A DNA stretch of 64,000 bases from NCBI GenBank assembly GCA_965223905.1, contig CBDCXV010000010.1, positions 832,001 through 896,000 of the forward strand. Reading direction: 5' to 3'. The translations under genes were made by a program, and so were the position numbers. This DNA comes from Candidatus Latescibacterota bacterium (GTDB lineage Bacteria; Latescibacterota; UBA2968; UBA8231). The notes beneath the pieces are model-generated. The model made no database searches, had not been told where the DNA came from, and worked only from the letters and a program-made list of their open reading frames with translations. Positions 39,996-49,997 of this stretch are shown here, piece by piece (the stretch's first letter is position 1; each line of letters opens with the position of its first letter).

Positions 39996-40042
39996 GTGGC
40001 CAGAGCATATTCAGTTGAGAGTTTGTCTTCGAGAGGCACGAC

Positions 40043-41323
40043 ATGGCCAAACTTCGAGAAATTTATGAACATAAGCTCCCGGAACTCTGTCGTGCGAAAG
40101 CCCGGATAAAATCCCTCCTCAAAGAAGTGGTCCTGGCAATTGAAGACAGGAACCTCGTACGCGCTGAAGTTCTCTGTGTCCGAATCAAGGATTTTCCCAG
40201 CCTTCAGCGGAAAGCACGAAAGAATGGTTGGCAGCCGGATCAGGCGTTGTGGAGATGCACAGATCTCATCGGGGGGCGGGTGGTTTGCAATAATATCGAG
40301 GATGTGCACAGATTTGCCGAGCTCCTTAAGGAACGTCTTCCCCTCTTTTTGGACTTTGACCTCGATGTACAGGATTACATCTCAGAACCCAAGGGCGGTG
40401 GCTATAGGGCACTTCACGTAAATTTTAGGCTGGACTTTGTCGTAGAACATTTTCAAATGCACTCCGTGCCCTGCGAGGTCCAAATTCAAACCCGCCTTCA
40501 GAATGCCTGGGCAGAGCTTTCCCACGACGACATCTACAAACAATCGGGTCTCCCTGAAGACCTTCGTGCCCGAGCAAATGACCTCGCGGAGATACTGGCA
40601 GCCGCAGACAAGATCGCAAGCGATATCCGGTTAAGAGTGATGCGAGAAATCCATGCTCCATCTCATCAACCGGACTTGGGACAGGTTTCGACTGATGGTC
40701 TCGTCTACAGCTTCAAGGAAGTGTTTGCTCGGTCCCCTTCCGAGTACTCGGTCAGACAGGCTCTCAACCTTTGCGACCATTTTAACCTCGGTACGCTTGA
40801 GAAATTTTCCAAAATTCTCAAGTCGTCTGAATTCCGTGACAAAGCAGAAAAAACCTACCGTCCAATCCTCGGGGTCAGTATTGAGAATGAAGATGTTTTT
40901 CTTGCCGCACTATACGCCGCTGCAAAAGGCAAGGCTAAAGCATTCAAGTGGGTAAAGAAGAAAGCGCGCCGAGCGTGGCGCGAAATCGAAGCATTCGCGA
41001 TTAGAGAAACGCTTAGCTCGCTTCCGGATACGATTGACGATTTCATCGAGGAACTAAAAGACCCAAGTGTTGACACCAAAGAGGTAGAAACGTGGGCAGA
41101 AGCATTAGGGGCAACCAGTAATTGCGCAGTATGCAGTACGACTGTTGTACAGCCTTTCGCGTTCGCAGAGGCCGCGGTGCGGCATTATGAAGTCTCCGAA
41201 GACCAACCTGGTTTCATTGAACGAATTTATAGCGTAATAGAACCTTCCGGCTTGGAAACCGGAGGCGGTAATGATGACTCACTTTGTGCATACCACAAAC
41301 ACCTGCAGGCAAAAGACGATTAG
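40043..41323 (+). CDS. RelA/SpoT synthetase-domain protein with long C-terminal extension
   Basis: RIKDFPSLQRK, DLIGGRVV, DYISEPKGGGYRALH, EVQIQTRLQNAWAELSH; lower GC than flanks. Confidence 0.88.
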   Translation: MAKLREIYEHKLPELCRAKARIKSLLKEVVLAIEDRNLVRAEVLCVRIKDFPSLQRKARKNGWQPDQALWRCTDLIGGRVVCNNIEDVHRFAELLKERLPLFLDFDLDVQDYISEPKGGGYRALHVNFRLDFVVEHFQMHSVPCEVQIQTRLQNAWAELSHDDIYKQSGLPEDLRARANDLAEILAAADKIASDIRLRVMREIHAPSHQPDLGQVSTDGLVYSFKEVFARSPSEYSVRQALNLCDHFNLGTLEKFSKILKSSEFRDKAEKTYRPILGVSIENEDVFLAALYAAAKGKAKAFKWVKKKARRAWREIEAFAIRETLSSLPDTIDDFIEELKDPSVDTKEVETWAEALGATSNCAVCSTTVVQPFAFAEAAVRHYEVSEDQPGFIERIYSVIEPSGLETGGGNDDSLCAYHKHLQAKDD

Positions 41324-41329
41324 CCCTCG

Positions 41330-41600
41330 ATGACCTTGAAAATCGGCATCGTCGGGACCGGCAACGTCGCCAGGGCCAACTACATGCCCTGCCTGACCGC
41401 GGAGAAGGATGTTGAGCTCGGCTACTACAACCGCACCGCAAGCAAGGCGGAGCAGTTCGCTACGGACTTCGGGGGGCGGGCGTTCCAGTCTCCGGGGAAC
41501 CTGGTCGCCTGGGACCCGGATGCGGTCCTCGTGCTTACCAAGGAAAACGACCGCTTCGAGGCGGCCTCCGCTCTTCTCGAGCACGGGCCGAGGCGGTTGT
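41330..41600 (+). pseudogene. Truncated 5' copy of the Gfo/Idh/MocA gene at 45857
   Basis: 41336-41600 aligns without gaps to 45857-46121 (KIGIxGTGNVARANYMPCLTAEKDVELGYYNRT...). Confidence 0.9.
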
Positions 41601-41611
41601 CCGTGCCTCAA

Positions 41612-43276
41612 TCACTCGTCGTCTGAAGCGTCGCTATCCGCAATGTTGGCGGCCGTCCGCTCCGCCGGCAGCGTTACGGTACGTTCACTCATGAACTCCC
41701 GCTCCCCGGCTATCAAGGTCTCAAGCCTGGCTCTGATCAAACCTACCCGATCGTCCTTTCGTAACGATTGGAGCGAGTCTTCACAAAAGCCGTGTGTGGG
41801 GAGTAACAACTTCAGGTCGTTGTCCGGTAAACCAGCCAAGCGGTCGAACGCTTGGCCGACTTGGTCCGCGTCGGAGAACATGCGGTTCGCTGGGCTGCTG
41901 AGATACTCTCCCAGTGGCCCTGGGCTGGAAAACACGTAGCCAACCGCTTTGGTTCCCCGAGCGGACAGAAGTTGACCGGGATCGAGGTCTTGCGGACTTC
42001 GCAAAGAACGAGGCCGGAGCGACGCAAGATAGAGAAGGAAGGCGCGGACGCGGGCGCTTCGACCATCGAAGCGCTCTGGAAACGGCTGAGCAGGCGCGTC
42101 GAGGTCCAACACGCTGAACCCGGCTCCAGTGCCCTTTGCAAGTTCGCGGATATCATTCAGCGCGTGCCTGGCCTGCGCTGTGTTGACGCTACCAAACCAG
42201 CCGGTGAATGAGGTCACCCAGAACCAGCGCTTGAGCAACTCTACCACTTCGTCCGCAGGCCGCGGGCACTGTCGAAAGAACTCACCGAGCAGCACAAACT
42301 GAAGCCCATAGGGAAGCAATCGATCGGACGTGACCCCCAGTTCCTTGAGGAAGCTTAGCGCGCTTCTGATTCCGTCCGCTGCCCGGTTGAAGGCCCCAGG
42401 AAGCTTTTCCCCGACTTCCGGCCTGACCATGAGGTCCGCCCAGTCCTTGGCGTATATATCCCGGTCAAGGGCTGCAAGCACCGACCTGAGCAAGAGAACG
42501 CGATCGAGATTCCCAAACCCCGATGCGTCGAGTTCCTCCTTGAACTCGTCCAGCTTCCTGGCAAGATGGAACTCCCCTTCCCGGTAGGTCAGGGCTGAAA
42601 CCATCTCGTCCGCCGCCATCTTGCGACCTGTACGGTTCAGCCGGGCAAAGACGGTTACTGCGCTGTCGAGGTCAGCCTCGCGGATATGGATGAGCGGGAG
42701 CTGATAGTTTCGAAACGCGTTTGCCAGCCGATCTGCCTGTTCGAGCCATCGTCGGGCAAAACTCTTGTCCGCAACTTCCGATTCGATGCGCCGGCAGGCA
42801 TCGATGAAACCGGCCGTGTGGAGCAGGCTCCGCATTGGGAAATGCTGCGGCTCGATTCCACTCGCGGGTGCCCTGAGGAACTCCCGGCTCTCCAAGTCGC
42901 AGTACACGCACCAGTCGACTTGATCAACTATCGATTTCACCCCATCAGGAAAATGCAGCGTGCCTACGAGGGTCGACACCCGCTGCTGACCGTCGAGCAG
43001 ATAGCCAACCACCCCGGCCGGTCTAGGACCGACTTCGACCGGCCCGATGCGCTCGGCGGTCTCGATCGTTTCCTCCGTGTCCCAGACAAGGATGGAGCCA
43101 ATCGGAATACCACGTAGAACACTGTCGAGCAACTGATGCAGGTCTTCCTGCTTCCAGACGAAAGGACGTTGGAATCTGGGAATGCGGATTTTTCCAGCCG
43201 CAATCTTTTCCACGAGCTTGCCCAGGAAAACAACCTCTGTAAGGAACTCGGTGCGACTACGATTGCTGTTGGACAT
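41612..43276 (-). CDS. DUF262 (GmrSD/ParB-like) domain protein
   Basis: IPRFQRPFVW, LDSVLRGIPIGSILVW, LLDGQQR, FARLNRTG. Confidence 0.9.
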   Translation of the reverse strand: MSNSNRSRTEFLTEVVFLGKLVEKIAAGKIRIPRFQRPFVWKQEDLHQLLDSVLRGIPIGSILVWDTEETIETAERIGPVEVGPRPAGVVGYLLDGQQRVSTLVGTLHFPDGVKSIVDQVDWCVYCDLESREFLRAPASGIEPQHFPMRSLLHTAGFIDACRRIESEVADKSFARRWLEQADRLANAFRNYQLPLIHIREADLDSAVTVFARLNRTGRKMAADEMVSALTYREGEFHLARKLDEFKEELDASGFGNLDRVLLLRSVLAALDRDIYAKDWADLMVRPEVGEKLPGAFNRAADGIRSALSFLKELGVTSDRLLPYGLQFVLLGEFFRQCPRPADEVVELLKRWFWVTSFTGWFGSVNTAQARHALNDIRELAKGTGAGFSVLDLDAPAQPFPERFDGRSARVRAFLLYLASLRPRSLRSPQDLDPGQLLSARGTKAVGYVFSSPGPLGEYLSSPANRMFSDADQVGQAFDRLAGLPDNDLKLLLPTHGFCEDSLQSLRKDDRVGLIRARLETLIAGEREFMSERTVTLPAERTAANIADSDASDDE

Positions 43277-44233
43277 CTATACTTCCTCTCGAATCAGGCC
43301 GATGCCACGCTCAAGGTCGGATTGTCCGCGCAGTTCGTTCTTGGCCTGCACTCCCCACAGAGTCCAGCACTTGTACACGTTCGGTCCGAATCCACGAGAG
43401 AGAGTCGTTCGGTCTACGGAAGACAGTCCATCGAAAAGTTCCTTCTCAATTCCGGATGGCGCTTCCGGCAACCCACTCTTCATGTCGAAGAAATCCTTCT
43501 GATCCTCGTTGAGTCTGTCCCATGCATCAACCAACCGGGCATGGTCCCCACCTGCATCTTGTCGCTCATCGAGTAGGATTCGGGGCAGGTAGTTCTCGGC
43601 TTCCCGTTTGGCGAGGACCCAGCAGGAAACACCCAGCGTCTGGCATTTGCGGCGCAGCTTTCGAGCGGCATCGCTTTCCGTATCGCCGGGACCCTTCCGG
43701 TCGCTGTCGATGATTGCAACCAAGCGCGGGGGATGCGGCTTTCCCTGCATCCGGTGCTCAACCTCGTCCGGCATTTGTCCCGTGCCACCCACGCTGTCAA
43801 TCCGGATCGGATCTCCCGGCTTATGCCAAACCCCATTCAGGGCTCTGTCGAGCTCCGCAACAATGCGTTGCACAAACGCCCCGTCACTTTGCCGATTCTC
43901 GACCAGAATCCAGAGTGGTTCGTCGGCAAAGCGGAAAGCGTTTTCGGGGGTGAATTCATCCGCCGTGCTCGGACGCGCTGTCACTCGCACTCGTTTCCGG
44001 TGCGGTTCCAGGGTCCAGGCCCCGCGCTGAATGGATGCAACCAGCATTTGGCGCACCCAGTCGCCTTGGCCTTCGCGGCTACGAATCCAAGCTGCGTCCT
44101 TGAAGACGTTGGGGTCCACCTGACCGGTAGTGTCCCACACGTGCCAGCCGTCTTCGATTTTGTAGAGAATGCGATCCAGCCATTGGTGAGCATCCGGATC
44201 GTTCGCTACGCCTGAGTCGATCTCGATGCGCAC
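43277..44233 (-). CDS. Probable OLD-type TOPRIM nuclease-domain protein
   Basis: ILVENRQSD, VGGTGQ, IIDSDR, KREAENYLP match the TOPRIM E...D, DxD and ExENY pattern. Confidence 0.7.
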   Translation of the reverse strand: MRIEIDSGVANDPDAHQWLDRILYKIEDGWHVWDTTGQVDPNVFKDAAWIRSREGQGDWVRQMLVASIQRGAWTLEPHRKRVRVTARPSTADEFTPENAFRFADEPLWILVENRQSDGAFVQRIVAELDRALNGVWHKPGDPIRIDSVGGTGQMPDEVEHRMQGKPHPPRLVAIIDSDRKGPGDTESDAARKLRRKCQTLGVSCWVLAKREAENYLPRILLDERQDAGGDHARLVDAWDRLNEDQKDFFDMKSGLPEAPSGIEKELFDGLSSVDRTTLSRGFGPNVYKCWTLWGVQAKNELRGQSDLERGIGLIREEV

Positions 44234-44239
44234 CGCGCC

Positions 44240-45469
44240 TTATTCCTTCGGCCTGGCGGCGCGCCGGATAGCCAGGATCTCTTCATAGTCTTCGATGAAG
44301 ACGCCATCGGGCCAGCTATCCATCTCGCCGTTCTCGTTTATCTTGATTTTCTGCAAAATGGATCCGGCACCCTCCTCCGCGTGAACCCAGTAAACAAGGA
44401 CATTTTCGGCGGGCAGCTTCCCCTCCGCGATCCAGCGTCTCGCGCGAAGCAGCACCATCTCCGAATGAGTCTCGACCACCATGGGCCGCGCGGGTCCTGC
44501 GAGGTTGTTGAGCAGGAGCTCCGCGATATCCGCGTGGGCTGCCGGATGGAGCTCAGCTTCCGGATGCTCGATGACGTCGACACCGGGCCCTGCCTTGCGG
44601 GTCGTCAGGGCCATGACCACGACCGGGAGAACATGCGAGAGACCTCGACCGGATTGCTCCAGTCGGACGTTGCCGTTTCGAACCTGCGTTCCGGCTACGA
44701 GTTCCGAGTAGATTCCCTGGGCCGCCACGTCGATGCTCACCCCGAAAGCATTACGGTACCATTGCCGAGCCGATTCCCTCAACTCGTCGTCCGCCGCCAA
44801 AGCCAGGGGCGTTTTCTCCCCCTTCGGCCCAAGAACATGAGGCGAATATTCTGCCGTGGTGAAAGGTGATGCAGGGATGAGGCGTGGACACTGCAAGTGG
44901 CGAACGCCGTGTGCCCATTCTCTCAGTGGTCCGAGTTTGGCTCCGACCCATTGCGCAAGGTTGTTCGGCTGGCGGGGAATCAATCCTCGCCAATCGATTT
45001 GCTGTGGTTCCCGCGCCCTCCCCGACCCAATAACCGTGTAGGGAGAACGTGCGTCGAAGCCTTGCCTTTCTACCTTTACTTCTTGCCCGCCAATCCTGAG
45101 GCTCCATTCCGAGATTTGTCGCTCGGACCGGGGCGGCGCTTCCACATTCCTGACCGTTGCAGCGAGCGTCACCTCGCTGCTATTGTCCGCCAGGGTTGCG
45201 GACATGCGAAGCCAACCATGTACTGTGCGCCCGGACACTAAATCCTCGAACCTCTCGGCGTGGCGGATTCCACCGGACTCAAGCGGAAGCGGTTCCGACG
45301 TGTTCTCATCCGGGGCGGCCAATCCGCCCGCCAACAACTGAATCGCCTGCCCCAGCGCCGTCTTGCCGGAGTTATTCGCTCCCACCAGGATAGTCAAAGG
45401 AGCGAATTCCACCTCGGTCGGGTCGGCGTAACCTTTATACCGTTCGATACTGAACTTTCGAAGTTGCAC
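44240..45469 (-). CDS. ABC-type ATPase (AAA_15/AAA_21-like) with DUF3696-like C-terminus
   Basis: Walker A GANNSGKT, SGRGLSHVLP, IEHPEAELHP, ETHSE, GEMDSWPDGVF. Confidence 0.9.
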   Translation of the reverse strand: MQLRKFSIERYKGYADPTEVEFAPLTILVGANNSGKTALGQAIQLLAGGLAAPDENTSEPLPLESGGIRHAERFEDLVSGRTVHGWLRMSATLADNSSEVTLAATVRNVEAPPRSERQISEWSLRIGGQEVKVERQGFDARSPYTVIGSGRAREPQQIDWRGLIPRQPNNLAQWVGAKLGPLREWAHGVRHLQCPRLIPASPFTTAEYSPHVLGPKGEKTPLALAADDELRESARQWYRNAFGVSIDVAAQGIYSELVAGTQVRNGNVRLEQSGRGLSHVLPVVVMALTTRKAGPGVDVIEHPEAELHPAAHADIAELLLNNLAGPARPMVVETHSEMVLLRARRWIAEGKLPAENVLVYWVHAEEGAGSILQKIKINENGEMDSWPDGVFIEDYEEILAIRRAARPKE

Positions 45470-45856
45470 TACCGATTACCCTGGCAAAGTGTGAGGGAAA
45501 CTCAGCTTGGAAATTGAAGCTACTCCGGACCCGTGACTTGATGACTTGGGAAGAACATAACGCCATGGGAGAAATAGCCAAGATGAGCGGTGTCCTACGA
45601 CCGGGCAAGAAGCAAGAAGGTGGGCAGGTTCAGCTCGGTTGACCATCATCGCCGAACGTCTCTCGGAGGGGTGCGGTTCCGTTCATTGGTGCCTTTCAGT
45701 GGTCAGATCAACGGAGTATGTTACTCCAACGGGCAGCAGATCGGGAGCCCTGCCTGGCCAAGAATGCCTTTTACAAACGGAGTCAGTGCACGCTTGGGAC
45801 CCGATGCGGTCGCCGTGGGTACACCTTTCGAGTAACCAAGCGAATCTGAGAAGATC

Positions 45857-46849
45857 TTGAAAATCGGGATCGCCGGGACCGGCAACGTCGCCAGGGCCAA
45901 CTACATGCCCTGCCTGACCGCGGAGAAGGACGTCGAGCTCGGCTACTACAACCGCACCCCGAGCAAGGCGGAGGAGTTCGCCGCGGACTTCGGGGGGCAG
46001 GCATTTTCTTCTCCGGGGGACCTGGTCGCCTGGGAGCCGGATGCGATCCTCGTGCTGACCAGGGAGAACGACCGCTTCGAAGCCGCCTCCGCCCTGCTCG
46101 CGCACCGGCCCAAGCGACTGTTCTTCGAAAAACCGCTGGTCGCCCGCGACGGGCAGGCCGCGGTGAGGCAGCAGGACTTCCTCGACGCCCGCTCCCTCAT
46201 GCGGAAGGCGGATGCCCGCGGCTGCGAGACGGCGATGGTGTTCAACTACCGCTTCTTCGACCAGGTGCAGCTTGCCGAGAAAATCGTCGCCGAGCGTTCC
46301 TTCGGGGCGGTGGTGAACTTCACGGGGCTGGTCCACTTCGCCTGCTGGAGCCACGCCATCGACCTGGTCCACCACTTCGCGGGGCCGGTAGCCGAGCTCG
46401 CGGCCCTGGAGGGCGAAGGAACCCGGGGAGGCCGCGCCGGGGCGAAGGACGTCACCGCTACCATGCGCACCGCCGGGGACGCCACGGGCACCCTGATCGG
46501 CACCTCCGCTCTCGATTGGACCTTCCCGCTCTTCGAGCTGACCCTGAACTTCGAGGGGGGCCGCATTCACCTCCGCGACCTCGACGGCGACATGGAGGTG
46601 CTCGATCACGCCTCAGGGCGTTCCGAACTGCACGCCATCCCGAAGGACAAGTCCCGCTGGGACCAGTACAAGGTCTCGTTCGTCAAGTCGGTCACCGCCT
46701 ACCTGCAGTCGCTGCGTGCTGGTGAGCCGCCTCCGGTCCCCGGGGTCGCCGGTCTGCGGGAGCTGCAGGTCGAGGCCGCAATCAGGCGCTCCATCGTCGC
46801 CGGGCGCCCCGTAGACCTCGAGGCGGAGCTGCCCCTTGACGGTCCTTGA
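45857..46849 (+). CDS. Gfo/Idh/MocA family oxidoreductase
   Basis: IGIAGTGNVA, FEKPL, FNYRF, SHAID. Confidence 0.88.
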   Translation: MKIGIAGTGNVARANYMPCLTAEKDVELGYYNRTPSKAEEFAADFGGQAFSSPGDLVAWEPDAILVLTRENDRFEAASALLAHRPKRLFFEKPLVARDGQAAVRQQDFLDARSLMRKADARGCETAMVFNYRFFDQVQLAEKIVAERSFGAVVNFTGLVHFACWSHAIDLVHHFAGPVAELAALEGEGTRGGRAGAKDVTATMRTAGDATGTLIGTSALDWTFPLFELTLNFEGGRIHLRDLDGDMEVLDHASGRSELHAIPKDKSRWDQYKVSFVKSVTAYLQSLRAGEPPPVPGVAGLRELQVEAAIRRSIVAGRPVDLEAELPLDGP

Positions 46850-47125
46850 TGAAAGCTGGTTTCCGCTGCTGGTCACAGACACGGTGAACTTTCCCCGATT
46901 CTTCCGTTTGAAAGACGGCTTTCACCTGCGGCCGTGATCGCTGAAATCCGGCTCGGGGTGAGACTCCCTGCGGCGAACCCTTTGGCGTCACTTTCGGTCG
47001 CCGGGGATTCCCTGCGCTCGCCGGCCGAGACTTCTCGTGGACTCCCCCGCGTTCCTGATCGCCGCGGATTTCCCTTGCCCGCCCCTGCGGCGCCCCTTCC
47101 CCGCGGCCGCGATCCCTGAACGACC

Positions 47126-48130
47126 ATGAAATCCGTACATCTCCTCGGTGAGGGCGCGGTCGCCTGCATCGACGCCCCGGACCCGGAACCGGGCCCCGGC
47201 CAGGTGCTCGTCGACACCCGCGTCTCCGCCCTGTGCGGGAGCGAGCTCAAGTCCTACCGGGGGGAAGGCATGGAAACCGGCAACTCCGGGCACGAGGCGG
47301 CCGGCGTCGTCTCCGGGGTCGGTCCGGGCGTCAGCGCTCCGAGGGTGGGACAGCGGGTCGGCGTCAGCGCCATCAGCGGCTGCGGCGATTGCCCCTGCTG
47401 CGCGCGCGGCCAGTACACCTGGTGCGAGAAGCGGAGCTACCACGGCAGCACTCATTCCGAGCGCTTCGTCACCGCGGCCAACGCCTGCCACGTACTGCCC
47501 GACGACGTTCCGTGGGAGGCGGGGGTGCTGCTGACCGGAGACGGATTCGGCGTCCCCTACCATACCTCGACCAAGCTCCGGAACGAGCCCGTCGACTGCG
47601 TCGCCGTTTTCGGGATGGGTCCCATCGGTCTCGGCAACACCCTGATGCAGACCTGGCTCGGCAGGAAGGTCATCGCCGTCGACTTGTCCCGGGAGCGGCT
47701 CGATCTCGCCAGGAAGCTGGGGGCCGCCCATACCATCGATGCCGGTGGCACCGAGGACGTGCCGGAGGCGATCCGCCGGTTGACCGGGAACAGGGGGGCG
47801 GACGTCTGCATCGAGGCCGCGGGCCGCCCCGAGACCGCCAGGCAGTGCTTCCGCGCCGTGCGCACCGCGGGCACCGTGGTCTTCAACGGCGAGCAGCCGG
47901 AGGTCGAGCTGTCGCCGAGCGCAGACTTCATCCGCCGCGACATCACCGCGGTCGGCTCCTGGTACTACCACTTCAGCGAGTTCCCCGAGATGCTCGCCCT
48001 CTACCGGGCCGGCCTCGATGTCGAGCGGCTGATCACCCACCGATTTCCCCTCGAAGAAGCGGACGAGGGCTTCCGCCTGATGGCTGCCGGCCTCACCGGC
48101 AAGGTCCTGCTGCAGGTCGGCGAGGGGTGA
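47126..48130 (+). CDS. Zinc-dependent medium-chain alcohol dehydrogenase
   Basis: CGSE, GHE, CGDCPCC..C, GMGPIG. Confidence 0.93.
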   Translation: MKSVHLLGEGAVACIDAPDPEPGPGQVLVDTRVSALCGSELKSYRGEGMETGNSGHEAAGVVSGVGPGVSAPRVGQRVGVSAISGCGDCPCCARGQYTWCEKRSYHGSTHSERFVTAANACHVLPDDVPWEAGVLLTGDGFGVPYHTSTKLRNEPVDCVAVFGMGPIGLGNTLMQTWLGRKVIAVDLSRERLDLARKLGAAHTIDAGGTEDVPEAIRRLTGNRGADVCIEAAGRPETARQCFRAVRTAGTVVFNGEQPEVELSPSADFIRRDITAVGSWYYHFSEFPEMLALYRAGLDVERLITHRFPLEEADEGFRLMAAGLTGKVLLQVGEG

Positions 48131-48243
48131 AGCTGCCCCGGGGCTTGCCTGCCGCCCCGCCCCGGCCGCGGCGATTGACAGGGAATTCGGGTCGCGTTTC
48201 TTCCAGCCCGGAACTGCACCCAAGGCAACCTGCGAAACCCCCC

Positions 48244-49074
48244 ATGCCCCGCATCGACGACCGCGACTGGAGCCGGCTCTCCCTCGGCGAATGCATCCGC
48301 CACCTCGAAGTGGAGGGGTACGTCCTCCTTCCCGAGCGCCTGCCGCCCGACCTCATCGCCCGGCTCAAGAGCCAGTGCGCCGGGTTCGAAACCACCCATG
48401 TCGACTACAGCGTCCACCAGCGCGGCAAGTCCTCGGTGCAGTTCGCCGGCGGCGCCGTCACCGAGCTGATCGCCTGGCCGCCGACCATCGAGTTCCTCGA
48501 AAAACTGTGCGGCGAGGTGGTCGCCATGTCCTACGACTACAGCCGCTCCGAGCCGGGCCACCCCGGGATCAGCCTCCACTGCGACGGCCAGCCCTGGGGG
48601 TCGAAGATCTTCGAAGCGGAGTACACCTGCCCCAGACTGCTGCGGGTGCTCTACTACCTCGACGACCTCGTGCCCGAGGTCTCCCCCTTCCGCGTGGTGC
48701 CGCGCACCCACCTGAGCTTCCACAACCAGGCCAACCCCTACCTGCGCTACGAGGAGCACCCCGAGGAGGTGATGGTGACCTGCAAAGCCGGCTCGGCGCT
48801 GGTGTTCAACAACAACGTCTTCCACGGCAACTACCCCAACACCGGCACGTACGCGCGCGAGTCGCTGCAGATCTCCTACCGGCCGACCTGGGCCGGGCCC
48901 GCCGAACCGATCGCCCCCTGGGACGAGGTGGAGGTCGCCAAACTGTCGCCGCAGGTGCGCCGCCTGATGGGGGACCGCAGCGGCCGCATCTGGATTCCCG
49001 AGGGGGGCAACAAGCCGCCCGGCATGGCGTCGGAAGCGCCCGGCATCAACCCGAGCCGCTGGCAGCTACCGTGA
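48244..49074 (+). CDS. PhyH family Fe/2OG dioxygenase
   Basis: EVEGY, LHCDG, VVPRTH, FHGNYPN..R. Confidence 0.88.
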   Translation: MPRIDDRDWSRLSLGECIRHLEVEGYVLLPERLPPDLIARLKSQCAGFETTHVDYSVHQRGKSSVQFAGGAVTELIAWPPTIEFLEKLCGEVVAMSYDYSRSEPGHPGISLHCDGQPWGSKIFEAEYTCPRLLRVLYYLDDLVPEVSPFRVVPRTHLSFHNQANPYLRYEEHPEEVMVTCKAGSALVFNNNVFHGNYPNTGTYARESLQISYRPTWAGPAEPIAPWDEVEVAKLSPQVRRLMGDRSGRIWIPEGGNKPPGMASEAPGINPSRWQLP

Positions 49075-49997
49075 GCGCCGCGGTCGAACTGCAGCGGGCC
49101 GTCGTCGAGGGCTCCGGTCCCGGGCCCCACCTGCTGATCACCGGGGGAGTGCATGGCGACGAGTTCGAGTCGATGGTCGCCGTCCGCCGCCTGATCAGCC
49201 ATTTCGACGGCACCTCCCGCGATGAGCTTCGCGGCCGCCTCACCCTCGTGACGGTCGTCAACGAGGCGGCTTTCCTGCGCGGCGCCCGCACCGCGCAGGA
49301 CGGCCTCGACCTGGCGCGCGTCTGCCCCGGCGACCCCGACGGCTCGGTGACCGAACGCACCGCCCACGCCCTCAGCGAGCTGATCCGCTCGTCCGACTGC
49401 TACATCGACCTGCACACCGGCGGCTCTCCCTCCTCGGTGTGGCCGATGTCGGGGTACGGCCTGCACCCCGACCCCGCGATCCTCGACAGGCAGCGCGCCA
49501 TGGCGAAGGCCTTCAACCTGCCGGTGATCTGGGGCACGACCGCGACGCTCCAGGGCCGCTCCCTGTCGGTGGCCCGCGACGCCGGCGTCGCCGCGATCTA
49601 CGCCGAGTACCAGGGCTCGGGCAGGTGCGATCCGGAAGGGGCGGAAGCGTACTTCGAAGGCTGCCTGAACGTCATGGCCACGCTGGACATGATCGCGCGC
49701 CCGGCGCCGGTTTCGCGGGTCGAGCACGTGGTCGAGGACGACCGCCCCGGCTCCGGCGACATGGGGCTGCACAACCAGACGCCGGTCACCGGCTACTTCG
49801 AAGCCGCGGTGCAGCTCGGCGACCGCGTGCGTGAAGGGGACCTGCTGGGCACGGTGGGCGACCCCCTCGGCTCCGCGGTGCACGAGATGCGGGCCGAGCG
49901 CAGCGGGCACATCCTCGTCCTGCGCACCTTTCCGCGCGTGCTCAAAGGGGACATGGTCGCCGTGATTCTCGAAACCGATCGAAAGGAGAACCTATGA
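49071..49997 (+). CDS. Succinylglutamate desuccinylase/aspartoacylase family (M14)
   Basis: GGVHGDE, DLAR..PG, IDLHTG. Confidence 0.88.
   Translation: MSAAVELQRAVVEGSGPGPHLLITGGVHGDEFESMVAVRRLISHFDGTSRDELRGRLTLVTVVNEAAFLRGARTAQDGLDLARVCPGDPDGSVTERTAHALSELIRSSDCYIDLHTGGSPSSVWPMSGYGLHPDPAILDRQRAMAKAFNLPVIWGTTATLQGRSLSVARDAGVAAIYAEYQGSGRCDPEGAEAYFEGCLNVMATLDMIARPAPVSRVEHVVEDDRPGSGDMGLHNQTPVTGYFEAAVQLGDRVREGDLLGTVGDPLGSAVHEMRAERSGHILVLRTFPRVLKGDMVAVILETDRKENL

Noticed and set aside
41612-45850. Retron-type ATPase/TOPRIM system
   Set aside because: No reverse transcriptase in the window and no convincing msr/msd inverted repeats
45480-45850. Short ORFs between the ATPase and the oxidoreductase
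   Set aside because: No recognisable motifs or RBS; likely promoter region or remnant
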